The notes: a model not told the origin generated them from the sequence alone. DNA of 64,000 nt from an uncultured Candidatus Rokubacteria bacterium (GCA_963747235.1 CAVVEU010000040.1:352001-416000), one strand, 5' to 3'; shown: positions 41,318 to 52,626, counted from the first letter of the stretch. Translations and numbers: made by a program.

Positions 41318-43648
41318 ATGCGAATCGCCATCGGCTGTGATGACACCGGCTTGGCCCTCAAGGAGCCCCTCGTGGCGGCGCTCGAGGCCGACGGGCATGA
41401 CGTCCTCGACCTCGGCACCTTCTCGACCGACCCGGTGGATTATCCGGACTACGCCCGGGCCGTCGGCCAGGCGGTGCTCCGGGGCTTCGTGGACGCGAGC
41501 CTGCTCCTCTGCGCCAGCGGGACCGGTGGGGTCATCGCGGCCAACAAGATGCGGGGCATCCGCGCGGCCATGTGCCACGACGTGGACTCCGCCCGCCGCA
41601 GCCGCGAGGAAGTGGACGCCAACGTGCTCTGCCTGGCCGCGGCCGGGCTCGAGCCCAAGACCGCCATCGAGATCGCCCAGACCTTCATCGGGACCCAGTT
41701 CCAGGCGGGCGACCCGCAGTCGCGGCAGGTGGCGAAGATCGGCCAGCTCGAGGCCGGCCTGCTCGGGGCCGACAAGGCGCCGCTGAAGCCGGCGGAGGAG
41801 AAGGGCGGCCCGAAGGCCACCACCCCCAGGCCGCCATCCGCGAAGCCGGCCGCGCCCTTGCGCGAAGCCGTATCGATGCGCGAGGCATCGGCGGGGCGCA
41901 CGGGGGCGGCGACCCCATCGCCCGCGCCCCGACCCACGGCGCCCGCGGTCACGGCGCCGGCGCTGGTGCTGCCGGACCCGCTCAAGCTGCCCGCGGTGGA
42001 GGAGACACTCCGCTTCCTCGAGCAGCACGAGTTCCTGGACCGCCTGTGGGTGAAGGACGCCACGCTGTGGAAGGGCGACGCGGCCACCGTGCGCAACCGG
42101 CTCGGCTGGCTCACCTCGCCCACCATCATGCGCAGCCACGCCGAGGACATCCGCACGTTCGCCGACGAGATCCGCCGGCTGCAGTACTCCCAGGTGGTCC
42201 TCCTCGGCATGGGCGGCTCCTCCCTGACCGGCGAGGTCCTGAACGAGACCTTCGGCTCCAAGATGGGCTTCCCGGACATGCTCATCCTCGACTCCACGGA
42301 CCCGGGCGCGGTCAAGCAGACCCTCGACGCCTGCAACCTGGGCCGCGCGCTCTTCGTGGTCTCGAGCAAGTCCGGCACCACCACGGAGACGCTGGCCGCC
42401 TACTCGTTCTTCCGCGGCCAGGTCGAGACCGCGGCGTCGCCGCGGCCCGGCATGCAGTTCGTCGCCATCACCGACCCGGGGCGCCCGCTCGACAAGCTGG
42501 CCACCGAGACCGGCTTCCGCCGCACCTTCCTCAATCCCGCGTCCATCGGCGGGCGCTTCTCCGCGCTGTCGTTCTTCGGGCTGGTGCCGGCGGCCCTGAT
42601 CGGCGTGGACATCAAGGTCCTGCTCGAGCGCGCCCACAGCATGGTGGAGACGTGCGGCAACGAGGTGGGCGTGCGCGGCAATCCCGCCGTGCAGCTCGGC
42701 GCGGTCCTGGCCGGACTGGCCCGGGCCGGCCGCGACAAGGTCACCCTGGTGCTCTCCGAGAAGATCCGCGCGCTCGGAAGCTGGATCGAGCAGCTCCTGG
42801 CCGAGTCGCTCGGCAAGGACGGCACCGGCCTCGTGCCGGTGGCGGACGAGCCGCTCGGCGCGCCGAACGTGTACGGGGACGACCGGATCTTCGTGTCCAT
42901 CGTGCTCGAGGGCGACCGGACCCACGACGCGGCCCTCGCGAAGCTCTCGGACGCCGGCCACCCCGTGCTGCGGCTGACCCTGAAAGATCCCATGGATCTC
43001 GGCGCCGAGTTCTTCCGGTGGGAGCTGGCCACCGCCACCGCGGGCGCCGTGCTCGGGGTGAATCCCTTCGACGAGCCGGACGTGGCGCGCGGCAAGGAGC
43101 AGACGAGCACGCTGCTCACCGAGTGGCGGCGCTCGCGGCGCCTGCCCGAGTGGCCCTCGGACGTCGAGGAAGACGGCCTCGTGCTCATGACCAAGTCGAA
43201 CAAGAAGGCGACGTCGGTCAGCAAGGGCCTGGCCGCGCACCTGGCCCAGGCGGTCCCGGGCGACTACCTGGCCATCCAGGCCTATCTCACGCCGACGCCG
43301 GAGGCGTGGCGGATCCTCCAGGAGATCCGAGTGGCCCTGCGCGACCGGCTGCGCATCGCGACCACGTTCGGCTGGGGCCCGCGCTACCTCCACTCGACGG
43401 GCCAGCTCCACAAGGGCGGGCCCACGAGCGGCCTGTTCATCCAGATCACCGGGGACGACCGTGAGGACCTGGCCATCCCGGGCGCGGGCTACGGATTCTC
43501 GACTCTCAAGGCCGCCCAGGCGCTGGGCGATCTCCAGAGTCTGCGCGACGGAGCGCGCCGGGTCATCCGGCTTCATCTCACCGGCAAGCAGTCCCAGGCC
43601 CTGCCGCAGCTCCTGCAGATGGTCCAGGGACTGACCAAGAGGCTCTGA
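41318..43648 (+). CDS. RpiB-like domain fused by a Pro/Ala/Lys linker to a glucose-6-phosphate isomerase-type domain
   Basis: N-term DYPDY, ANKMRGIRAA, ANVL; C-term LGWL, GMGGS, SKSGTT.ET, GGRFS, EQL.AES.GK, NPFDEP.V, LHSTGQLHKGG. Confidence 0.85.
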   Translation: MRIAIGCDDTGLALKEPLVAALEADGHDVLDLGTFSTDPVDYPDYARAVGQAVLRGFVDASLLLCASGTGGVIAANKMRGIRAAMCHDVDSARRSREEVDANVLCLAAAGLEPKTAIEIAQTFIGTQFQAGDPQSRQVAKIGQLEAGLLGADKAPLKPAEEKGGPKATTPRPPSAKPAAPLREAVSMREASAGRTGAATPSPAPRPTAPAVTAPALVLPDPLKLPAVEETLRFLEQHEFLDRLWVKDATLWKGDAATVRNRLGWLTSPTIMRSHAEDIRTFADEIRRLQYSQVVLLGMGGSSLTGEVLNETFGSKMGFPDMLILDSTDPGAVKQTLDACNLGRALFVVSSKSGTTTETLAAYSFFRGQVETAASPRPGMQFVAITDPGRPLDKLATETGFRRTFLNPASIGGRFSALSFFGLVPAALIGVDIKVLLERAHSMVETCGNEVGVRGNPAVQLGAVLAGLARAGRDKVTLVLSEKIRALGSWIEQLLAESLGKDGTGLVPVADEPLGAPNVYGDDRIFVSIVLEGDRTHDAALAKLSDAGHPVLRLTLKDPMDLGAEFFRWELATATAGAVLGVNPFDEPDVARGKEQTSTLLTEWRRSRRLPEWPSDVEEDGLVLMTKSNKKATSVSKGLAAHLAQAVPGDYLAIQAYLTPTPEAWRILQEIRVALRDRLRIATTFGWGPRYLHSTGQLHKGGPTSGLFIQITGDDREDLAIPGAGYGFSTLKAAQALGDLQSLRDGARRVIRLHLTGKQSQALPQLLQMVQGLTKRL

Positions 43649-43653
43649 CGCGC

Positions 43654-45162
43654 ATGACGACTCCCACGCACGACGAATCCTGCACCCTGGTCATCTTCGG
43701 CGCCTCGGGCGATCTCACCAAGCGCAAGCTGATCCCCGCGCTCTGGTCCATGTTCCAGAGCCGCGTGCTCCCCGAGCCGTTCGCGGTGGTCGGGGCGGCG
43801 CGCTCGGAGATGACCAACGAGCAGTTCCGCACGCGCATGCGCGAGGCCATCTCCGACTTCGCGCGCGTGCAGCCGCCCTCGGCGCGCGTGTGGGACCGCT
43901 TCGCGCAGGCCCTCTTCTACTATTCCGGGGACCCCGCCGACGCCGCGACGTATCCCGGCCTCGCCACCTACCTGAAGCAGGTCGAGCAGGAGCGCGGCAC
44001 CAGCGGCAACCGGCTCTTCTACGTGTCCACCCCGCCCTCGGTGTACCCGCACCTCGTCACGCGGCTGGGCGAGGCGGGGCTCAACCGGCCGACCGAGCCC
44101 ACCAACGGGTGGGTGCGCATCATCATCGAGAAGCCCTTCGGCCGCGACCTCGCGTCCGCGGCCTCGCTCAACCAGGTGGTCGCCTCCGCGTTCACCGAGG
44201 ACCAGGTCTACCGGATCGATCACTACCTGGGCAAGGAGACGGTCCAGAACATCCTCGTGTTCCGGTGGGCCAACGGCATCTTCGAGCCGCTCTGGAACCG
44301 CAACCACGTCGATCACGTGCAGATCACGGTGGGCGAGGCCATCGGGGTCGAGGGCCGCGGCGCCTACTACGAGGAATCGGGCGCGCTGCGCGACATGATC
44401 CAGAACCACATCCTGCAGCTCCTCTGCCTGGTCGCGATGGAGCCGCCGGTCACCTTCGACTCCGATCCGGTGCGCGACGAGAAGACCAAGGTGATGCGCG
44501 CGATCCGCCCCATCGCGGCGGACGAGGTGGACCGCGTCGCGGTGCGCGGCCAGTATGGGCCCGGCTTCGTGGGCGGGCAGCGGGTGGTGGGCTACCGCGA
44601 GGAGAAGGGCGTCTCCGCCGAGTCCCTCACCGAGTCCTACGCGGCCCTCCGGCTCGAGATCGAGAACTGGCGGTGGGCGGGCGTGCCGTTCTACCTGCGC
44701 ACCGGCAAGCGGCTGCCCAAGCGCGCGAGCGAGATCGCGGTGCAGTTCAAGCGGACTCCGCATCTGGTGTTCCGGCGCAACCCGGAGATCCTCGCCGAGC
44801 CCAACCTGCTCGTGCTCCGCATCCAGCCCGACGAGGGCATGTCGCTCTCGTTCGGGGCCAAGCTGCCGGGCTCCGAGCTGCGGATCAAGCCGGTGGAGAT
44901 GGAGTTCGACTACGGCAAGGCCTTCGGCGGCGAGCCGCCCGAAGCGTACGAGCGCCTGCTGCTGGACGCGATGAAGGGAGACGCGACGCTCTACGCGCGG
45001 GGCGACTGGGTCACGATGGCGTGGGAGCTGCTGCAGCCCGTGCTCGACACCTGGGCCGGCGGAGATCCGCGCAAGTTCCCCAACTACGAGGCGGGCACGT
45101 GGGGCCCGGCCGAGGCCGACACGCTGATCGAGCGCAGCGGACGGCGCTGGCGGCGCCCCTGA
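43654..45162 (+). CDS. zwf: Glucose-6-phosphate 1-dehydrogenase
   Basis: GASGDL, EKPFG, RIDHYLGKE, RDMIQNH, YERL. Confidence 0.97.
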   Translation: MTTPTHDESCTLVIFGASGDLTKRKLIPALWSMFQSRVLPEPFAVVGAARSEMTNEQFRTRMREAISDFARVQPPSARVWDRFAQALFYYSGDPADAATYPGLATYLKQVEQERGTSGNRLFYVSTPPSVYPHLVTRLGEAGLNRPTEPTNGWVRIIIEKPFGRDLASAASLNQVVASAFTEDQVYRIDHYLGKETVQNILVFRWANGIFEPLWNRNHVDHVQITVGEAIGVEGRGAYYEESGALRDMIQNHILQLLCLVAMEPPVTFDSDPVRDEKTKVMRAIRPIAADEVDRVAVRGQYGPGFVGGQRVVGYREEKGVSAESLTESYAALRLEIENWRWAGVPFYLRTGKRLPKRASEIAVQFKRTPHLVFRRNPEILAEPNLLVLRIQPDEGMSLSFGAKLPGSELRIKPVEMEFDYGKAFGGEPPEAYERLLLDAMKGDATLYARGDWVTMAWELLQPVLDTWAGGDPRKFPNYEAGTWGPAEADTLIERSGRRWRRP

Positions 45163-45189
45163 GCGGGCGCCGCCGCCGTGGCGCCGGGA

Positions 45190-45600
45190 CTACGGCTTGA
45201 GCTGCGCCGACGCCTGACCGACCATCCGCGTCGCCGACATCTCGACCCAGGTGTAGTACCAGCTCTCGTAGATCAGGACCTGGAGCGAGCTGCCGGTCTT
45301 CTCGTACACCTGCGTGGTGCCCTTGTCGGACGCGGTCGTCGACGACAGGTGCTTCCAGCCGTTGGCCTCGAGCGTGGTGCGGAACGCGACCGAGAGGCTA
45401 TCCGGCTCGATGCGGCCCTTGTAGAAGATGCGGGCCGCCTTCACCGACGGCGACTCGATGATCGTGGAGCGGTTCAGGTCCACCGCGAGGCCCTTGGGCA
45501 CCGGGATGTCCTCGAACTCGCTGCGCTGCACCTTGGGCGGCGTCGACGCGCACGCGGTCAGCGCGAGAACGGTCACGGACAGGACGACAAAACGTCGCAT
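45190..45600 (-). CDS. Hypothetical lipoprotein
   Basis: MRRFVVLSVTVLALTAC lipobox; FEDIPVP; SD GGAGG. Confidence 0.75.
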   Translation of the reverse strand: MRRFVVLSVTVLALTACASTPPKVQRSEFEDIPVPKGLAVDLNRSTIIESPSVKAARIFYKGRIEPDSLSVAFRTTLEANGWKHLSSTTASDKGTTQVYEKTGSSLQVLIYESWYYTWVEMSATRMVGQASAQLKP

Positions 45601-45687
45601 GGGTAGTACCTCCTGCGGGTCATCGTACAGTCCGTGGGGGGTCCGCCCCAAGCTTTTGGAAGCGCGAAGGGCGCGCGAGCCCCGCCG

Positions 45688-46329
45688 GTGACCCGGCGCA
45701 CGGTCCGGGTCGCGCTGATCGCCCTGCTCGCGCTCGCGGGCCTGGCCGCGCTCGCCCACCGTCCCCTGCTGCGCGCGACCGGCCAGGCCCTCGTGGTGGA
45801 CGATCCGCGCGAGCGGGCCGACGCGATCGTGGTGGTGGCGGGCAGCACGCCCAGCCGCGAGGAGACGGCCGCGGGGCTCTACCGCGAGGGCTGGGCTCCG
45901 CGGGTGCTGGTCTCGCGCCAGCTCGTGCCCGGCCGCACCCAGCGGCTCATCGACATGGGGGTCCGCCGGCTCGACTTCCAGGGCGAATCGGTGGCCGCGC
46001 TGGAGAAGTACGGCGTGCCCCGGGACGCCATCGTCACCCTCGACCAGCCGGTGGAGATCACGGAGACGGAGCTGCGCGCGGTGGCCGCGGCGGCCCGGGA
46101 CCGCGGCTGGCGACGGGTCATCCTGGTCACGAGCGCGTTCCACGCCCGCCGCGTGCAGCTCATCTGGCGGCGCGAGAGCGGCGGCATCGAGGGGCGCCTG
46201 GCGGCGGTGCCGGACGAGTGCGCCGGCGGCGACGCCTGGTGGCGCCGCCGCCGCTGCAGCGAATCCGTGCTGCACGAGTACCTGGGACTCCTCGCGCTCT
46301 ACCTCCACATCTCGAGCTTGATGCGCTGA
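45688..46329 (+). CDS. YdcF/DUF218 family protein
   Basis: ADAIVV.AG, LVTSAFH.RR, HEYLG. Confidence 0.82.
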   Translation: MTRRTVRVALIALLALAGLAALAHRPLLRATGQALVVDDPRERADAIVVVAGSTPSREETAAGLYREGWAPRVLVSRQLVPGRTQRLIDMGVRRLDFQGESVAALEKYGVPRDAIVTLDQPVEITETELRAVAAAARDRGWRRVILVTSAFHARRVQLIWRRESGGIEGRLAAVPDECAGGDAWWRRRRCSESVLHEYLGLLALYLHISSLMR

Positions 46330-46336
46330 TCCCGCG

Positions 46337-46693
46337 TCAGGACCCGATGCGGCGATAGAGGATGTGCTGGCGATTGCGCGTGTGCGGCCGCACCTGGGCC
46401 GGCCAGCGCCCCTTCTCGACCGCCTTGGCCCACGCCTCGGTCACCAGCACGTCGGGCGTCTCGATTTCGTAGAGGGCGCCGTACTTTGGCGCGCCCTCGA
46501 TCACGATGGTCTTGAGCTGCCCGCCGATGCTCATGGTGAGCGGCTGCATCTCGTAGCGCGACACCGCGATGACCCCGGGCACGGTGAGCAGGCTCGGCAC
46601 GTGCTCCTGGTCGTAGACCTCGTTGAAGAGGCGCTCCTGGGCGGGCTCGACGTCCATGGCGGCGCTGAACAGGTAGCGGGTCTTGATGGGCAT
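46337..46693 (-). CDS. Dimeric alpha-beta barrel (EthD/DUF4286-like) protein
   Basis: FNEVYDQEHVP.LL.VPG, YGALYE. Confidence 0.7.
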   Translation of the reverse strand: MPIKTRYLFSAAMDVEPAQERLFNEVYDQEHVPSLLTVPGVIAVSRYEMQPLTMSIGGQLKTIVIEGAPKYGALYEIETPDVLVTEAWAKAVEKGRWPAQVRPHTRNRQHILYRRIGS

Positions 46694-46711
46694 CGTGGTG
46701 GCTCCGTGTCT

Positions 46712-46749
46712 CCCCCTCTCCCCTCAGGGGAGAGGGCTGGGGTGAGGGG
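46712..46749 (-). repeat. REP-like palindrome CCCCTCACCCC..CCCTCTCCCC/GGGGAGAGGG, copy 2
   Basis: Reverse complement closely matches 9693-9730. Confidence 0.8.
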
Positions 46750-46792
46750 TGAAGGGTGGGTGGTGAGGGTGGATGGTGAGCGGGCGGGTCGG

Positions 46793-47231
46793 TCAGGCCG
46801 ACTCGCGCGCGCTGCGCCGCGCGCTTGGGCGCCGGAGTGGCCTTGGCCGCGCCGGCGCGGCCGTAGTCGTCCTGGCGGCGGATGATGTCGTCCTCGCCGA
46901 GGTACGGCCCGTGCTGGACCTCGATGAGGATGGCCGGGACGCGGCCGGGGTTCTCGATGCGGTGCCAGGCCCCGCGCGGGACGTCCACCGCGCCCCGGGG
47001 CTTGAGCCGCTTCGGGCGGCCCGCGATGATCACGCGCGGCGAGCCCGAGACCACCACCCAGTGCTCGGCGCGGAACCGGTGCCGCTGCAGGCTCAACCGC
47101 TGGCCGGGCCGGACGAACAGCCGCTTGACCTTGTAGCCGCGGCCCTCCTCCACCGTGATGAACCCACCCCAGGGCCGCGTCTCGAAGACGCCGACCGGGG
47201 TCTCGTCCGCGCGCTTCCGGGGCACCTTCAC
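46793..47231 (-). CDS. Mannose-6-phosphate isomerase type II C-terminal cupin (3' end uncertain, probable frameshift)
   Basis: RPWG, KVKRL.V.PGQRLSLQRH..RAEHWVVV, HRIEN, IEVQ.G.YLGEDDIIR..DDYGR. Confidence 0.85.
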
Positions 47232-48816
47232 AGCCGGATCACCCGCGCGAAATCGGCCTCCACGCTCTTGCTCACCTCTTCCATGACCTCCGTGGGAACG
47301 TCGTCGTCCAGCAGCAGCACCACGATGGCACGGCCCCGGCGCGTGCGCCGGCCCACGTGCATCGAGGCGATGTTGACGTTGTGGCGGCCCAGGATCGACC
47401 CGATCCGGCCCACCATGCCGGGCCGATCCTCGTAGGCCAGCACCAGGATATGCCCCTCCGGGATGAACTCGATATGAAGATCGCGCAGGCGCACGATGCG
47501 GGGCACCCCGTCGAACACGGTGCCCGCGATGATCTTCCGCCCGTCGCCCGCCTGGGTCGTGACCGTGATGAGGTTGGTGTAGCCGGAGGCGGCCTCCGCA
47601 TCGGCCCGCACCTCCACCACGAGCCCCCGGTCGCGCGCGATCAGGTGGGCATTGACCAGGTTCACCGCCTGCACCGTCACGCCTTCGAGGAGCCCCTTCA
47701 GCACCGCGCGGCCCAGCAGCTCGGTGTCCACGCGGGCCAGGTGCCCGGCGACCTCGATCTCCACCCGCTCGACGTTCTCCGGCTCGAGCTGCAGGCAGAA
47801 GCGGCCCAGCACCTCGGCCAGGCGCAGGAACGGGCGCTGCTCGGCCATGGTCTCGCGGTCGCCCACCGGGATGTTCACCGCGTGCTCGACCAGCTCGCCG
47901 TCGCGGAAGGCCACGAGCTGCCGGGCCACGTCCACCGCCACGTTGACCTGCGCCTCCTGGGTGTTGGCGCCCAGGTGCGGCGTGACCACCACGCGCGGAT
48001 GCTGGATCAGGCGCTTGACCGCGGGCGACTGCGGCGGCTCCTCGCTCCACACGTCCACCGCGGCGCCCGCCACGTGGCCCGAGTCGAGCGCGGCCAGCAG
48101 GTCCACCTCGTTGACGATGCCGCCGCGCGCGCAGTTGACGACGCGCGCGCCCGGCTTGAGCGCGGCGAGCTCGCGCGCCCCGATCATGTTCTCGGTCTCG
48201 TCGGTGAGCGGCACGTGCACGGTCAGGATGTCGGCCCGGCTCAGCACCGTCTGCAGGTCGGTCAGCCGCACGCCCAGGTCCCGCGCCCGGCTCTCCGGAA
48301 TGAACGGATCGTAGACCAGGATCTCCATGTCGAAGGCCCGCAGCCGGGCCGCCACCCGCGAGCCCACCTTGCCGAGCCCGAGCACGCCCGCCGTCTTGCG
48401 ATAGAGCTCGGAACCGTAGATGCCCCGGTCCCACTGGAGCTGCTTGAGCGAGTCGTGGGCGGCCGGGATCTTGCGCACGAGGGCCAGCAGCATGCCCACG
48501 GTGTGCTCGGCCGCGGAGACCACGTTGCCGTAGGGCGCGTTGACCACCACCACGCCCTGGCGCGAGCAGGCGTCCACGTCGATGTTGTCCACGCCGACCC
48601 CGGCCCGCCCCAGGATGCGCAGCCGGCGGGCCCGGCCCAGGAACTCCGGGGTCACCGCGGTGGAGGAGCGCGTGACGATCGCCTCGTAGTCCGCCGAGCC
48701 GCGCGTGCAGCTCCTCCTTCGGCAGCTTGCTCGAGACCTGGTCCACCTGGAACCCGCGCTCGGCGAGATACGCGATGCCCTCGGCGCGCGATGGTGTCGA
48801 TCACGAGCACTTTCAT
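47228..48816 (-). CDS. serA: D-3-phosphoglycerate dehydrogenase with ASB and ACT domains (frameshifts in the first ~130 nt)
   Basis: RAGVGVDNID, GLGKVG, NCARG, TPHLGANT.EAQ, DRPGMVG ACT. Confidence 0.92.
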
Positions 48817-50235
48817 GTGCGGTGCGAGCGCAGGAACTTCAGGAAGTCGCGGCCCTCCGCGAGGCGGCGCTTCATGACCTGGCGGTCGCGGAGCATCTCG
48901 GCGCCGAGGGAGAGCATCTTGCGGGGGCGGAAGTAGAAGCGGCGGTAGAACTGGTCCACCGAGCGGAAGATCTCGGTGCGCGAGAGGTGCGGGTAGCCGA
49001 TCGCGCTCACCTGCACCCCGGCGCCGTCCACCAGCTCGTCGGACTCGAGCCAGCCGTTGCGCTGCGCTTCCTCGTAGAGCGCGGTGCCCGGATAGGGCGC
49101 GGCCAGCGAGACCTGGATGGTGCCGGGATCGATCTCGGTCGCGAAGCGGATGGTCTCCGCGATGGTCTCGCGCGTCTCGCCGGGCAGGCCCAGGATGAAG
49201 GTGCCGTGGATCGCGATGCCGAGCGACCGGGCGTCGCGCGTGAACCGCCGCGCCACGTCGAGGCGCACGCCCTTCTTCACGTTGTTGAGGATGGCCTGGT
49301 TGCCCGACTCGTAGCCCACGAGGAGGAGCCGGAGCCCGTTGTCCTTGAGCACCTTGAGGGTCGCGTACGGCACGTTGGCCTTGGCGTTGACCGACCAGGT
49401 GATGCCGAGCCGGCCGAGCCGCTTCGCGATGGCCTCGGCGCGCGGCAGGTCGTCGGTGAACGTGTCGTCGTCGAAGAAGAACTCGCGCACCTGCGGGAAC
49501 AGCCGGGCCGCCTGCGCCATCTCCTCGGCCACGTGCTCGGGGCTGCGGGTGCGGTAGCGCTGCCCGCCCACCGTCTGCGGCCAGAGGCAGAAGGTGCACT
49601 TCGATCGGCAGCCGCGCCCGGTGTAGAGCGAGACGTACGGATGCTGGAGGTAGCCGATGGCGTAGTGCTCGACGGTGAGGTCGCGCTTGTAGACCGGCGT
49701 CACGAAGGGCAGCGCGTCCATGTTCTCGAGCGTCGGGCGCTCCGGCGTGTGCTCCACGTGGCCGTTGACCCGGTAGGAGAGCCCGCGCACGTCGGCGAAG
49801 CGGCCGGCCCTGCGCCACCTCCTGGATCGTGAAATCGAACTCGTTCCGGGCCACGAACGCCAGCGCGGCGCTCGCGCGGAGCGAGGCCTCCGGGGCCACC
49901 GCCACCGCGGCCCCCACGAGCCCGATGACGAGCGCGGGGTTCTCGGCCTTGAGCGCCTCGGCCACCCGCACGTCGGAGGCGAACGAGGGCGTGCTGGTGT
50001 GCATGACGCAGAGGTCGTAGCGCTTGGCGAGCGGCCGCACGTCGTCCACGGTGAGGCCGTCCGGCGGGGCGTCCACGAGCCGCGAGCCCGGCACCAGCGC
50101 GGCGGGCTGGGCCAGCCAGGTCGGGTACCAGAACGACCGGATCTCGCGCTTGGCCTGATAGCGCGAGCCCGCTCCGCCGTCGAAGCCGGCTACCGCGGGC
50201 GGATGGAGAAACAGCGTGCGCAGGTAGTCGGTCAC
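48813..50235 (-). CDS. hpnJ: Hopanoid-associated B12-binding radical SAM protein HpnJ (frameshift near 49800)
   Basis: FDGGAGSRYQAKREIRSFWYPTWLAQPAA; GRGCRSKCTFCLWPQT (CxxxCxxC). Confidence 0.88.
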
Positions 50236-50285
50236 GATTGGCTCACGATACCACAGCGGCCGGCGCGGCTCCGCGGGCCGCCCGG

Positions 50286-50873
50286 CTAGCCGCGGCGCCG
50301 TCGGCGCCAGAGCACCACGAGCCACCCCGCCGCGACCAGCAGGACCGTACCGCCGATCCAGAGCTGCAGCTCGTGCACGCGGGCGAGCGCCACCGCCACC
50401 GAGTCCGCGACCGCGTAGGCCAGGCCGAACGCCAGCGGCACGCTCAGCAGCACCGCGGCCACGTCCACCAGGAGAAACCGGGGAAACGGGACCCGGACCA
50501 GCCCCGCGGTCAGGAAGGCGGCCGCGCGCAGCCCCATGACGAGCCGGGCCATGATCACGAACTTCAGGCCGTGGCGGTGGTAGGCCTCCATCACGCGGGT
50601 CTCGCGCTCCGGGGTCAGGATGCGCCGCGCCGTCGGCCACTCGAGGATGCGGCGGCCGAAGTGCCGGCCCACCCAGTAGAGCAGCATGTCGCCGGCGAGC
50701 ACGCCGCCCAGGCAGGAGAGCAGCGCGCCCCACCAGTGCATCACCTGCCAGCGCGACATCATGGCCGCGATGACGATCGGCAGCTCCTCCGGGATCGGCA
50801 GCCCCAGGCCGGTGGCGAGGAGGACCAGGAACACGCCCGGATAGCTGAACTGGATGATCAGATCGGTCAGCAT
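50286..50873 (-). CDS. DedA family membrane protein
   Basis: GLPIPEE, GD..LYWVGR.FG, AR...GLR. Confidence 0.88.
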   Translation of the reverse strand: MLTDLIIQFSYPGVFLVLLATGLGLPIPEELPIVIAAMMSRWQVMHWWGALLSCLGGVLAGDMLLYWVGRHFGRRILEWPTARRILTPERETRVMEAYHRHGLKFVIMARLVMGLRAAAFLTAGLVRVPFPRFLLVDVAAVLLSVPLAFGLAYAVADSVAVALARVHELQLWIGGTVLLVAAGWLVVLWRRRRRG

Positions 50874-52626
50874 CAGCGCGAGCCCGGCCCCGCGTCGGCG
50901 GGAGCGCGGCCGTACAGCCAGCGGCCGTTGTGGGCGAAGAGCAGCCGGGCGCTCCGCGGCGGCAGCGAGGCCACGATGCTCTGCGCGGGCTCGCGGGTGG
51001 TCAGGAGATAGGGCGGCCGGGCCGAGGCCCAGGCCTCCGCGAAGCGCGGCGGCGCTCCAGAAGGTCCCCGCCGCGTCGGCGAAGGTGGCGCCGATGCCGA
51101 GCACGCTGCGGGCCGCGTCGAGCAGGACCGGACGATGCCCCGAGTAGAATTCCACCGCGCCCGCGTTCTCGATGGGCCCTTCGAGCACGAGCAGATCCCC
51201 GGGCCCGAGCCGCGCCCGGATCTCCGCGGCCATCACCGTGACCGCGCGGGCCGAGGAGGTCACCGCGAGCCCGATCGCCACCACCGGCACCAGCAGGAGC
51301 ATCACCGCCACCACCGTCCACGCGCCCAGGCGCGCGGAGCGGCGCGCCGCCGCGGCGGCCAGAACCGCGGCGCCCGCGAGCAGCACCACCGCCGCCCACG
51401 CCACCAGCGGCTGCAGCGACGACCACGCGGGATAGGGCGAGGCCTGCCCGAGCGCCGCCTCCTTCCGCGAGTACACGTCGGAGACGCCGAACACCGCCTC
51501 GGTGAAGACCCGCCCATCGCCCGCCGCGGCCCACGCGCAGCCCGCCCCCGCGAGCGCGAAGAGGACGAGATGCGCCGCGATCAGCCCGCGCGGGCGCGGC
51601 GCCACGTCGCGCCACGCGCGCGCCGCGAGCAGCGCCAGCGCGGGATAGGCGGGCAGGCCGTAGTGCGGCAGCTTGAACGGCGAGACCGTGAAGAAGGCCA
51701 GCACGCCCACCGCCCAGACCGCCAGCGCCACCCACGGCAGCTCGTCGCGATCACGCCAGGCGCGCGCGCGAACGAGCGCGCCCACCGCCACCACCGCGGC
51801 CAGGATCCACGGGAAGGCCCCGAAGCCCGCCGCGGTGAGGAACTCGAGCGCGGAGAGCGGCACGTCCTCGTCGGGGAACTGCCGCATGCGCGCGACGTTC
51901 AGCACGTGGTTGTCCACCACCGTGTACCAGAGGAACGCGGGCTCGCGCACCGCGGCCACCACGTACCAGCCGAAGCCGATGACGACCATGAGCGCGACGC
52001 CGACGGGCGGCAGCCACGCGCGCACCGGCCGGAGCCGCCCCGCCAGCGCCGCCGCGATCGCGATGGTCACGAGCGGCCCGAGCAATCCCAGCGGATCCTT
52101 CGCGAGGGCCGCGATACCGAGCGCCGCGCAGCCGAGAACCGGCCAGACCCCGCCGGAACGAGTGCCCGCCAAGAGCAGCCCCGCGAAACCCCAGGCAATA
52201 GCCGCCACGAACAAACTTTCCGGCCTCACGTACCGACCGAACGCCACGAACAGCGCGCAGGACAGCAACGCGAGACCGCCGAGCGCGCCCCCAGCCGGGT
52301 CCGAGTAGTCTGACGCCCAGCAGCGCGGTCCCCGCCACGGCGAGCAGCGCGCCCAGCAGCGGGGCCAGGCGCGCCGCGCCCTCGGTGAGGCCGAAGAGGT
52401 GGAAGGACACCGCGGTCAGCCAGTAGAGCAGCGGCGGCTTGTCGAAGTAGCGCACGCCGTTCAGGCGCAGCGTGAGCCAGCTTCCGCCCAGCAGCTCCCG
52501 GGCGATCTCGGCGTGCTGGCCCTCGCCGGGATCGTCGAACGGAGCCCGGCCCAGCCCCGGGGCCAGCAGCACCGCGGCCAGGGTCACGACCAGGAGGACG
52601 GCGACACTGCCGTCACGCCACCCCAC
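50873..52626 (-). CDS. ArnT/GT83-like (GT-C) glycosyltransferase (frameshifts near 52285 and 51040)
   Basis: DPGEG..AEIARE, YFDKPPLLYW, LAK, KLPHY.LP..PALALL. Confidence 0.82.
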
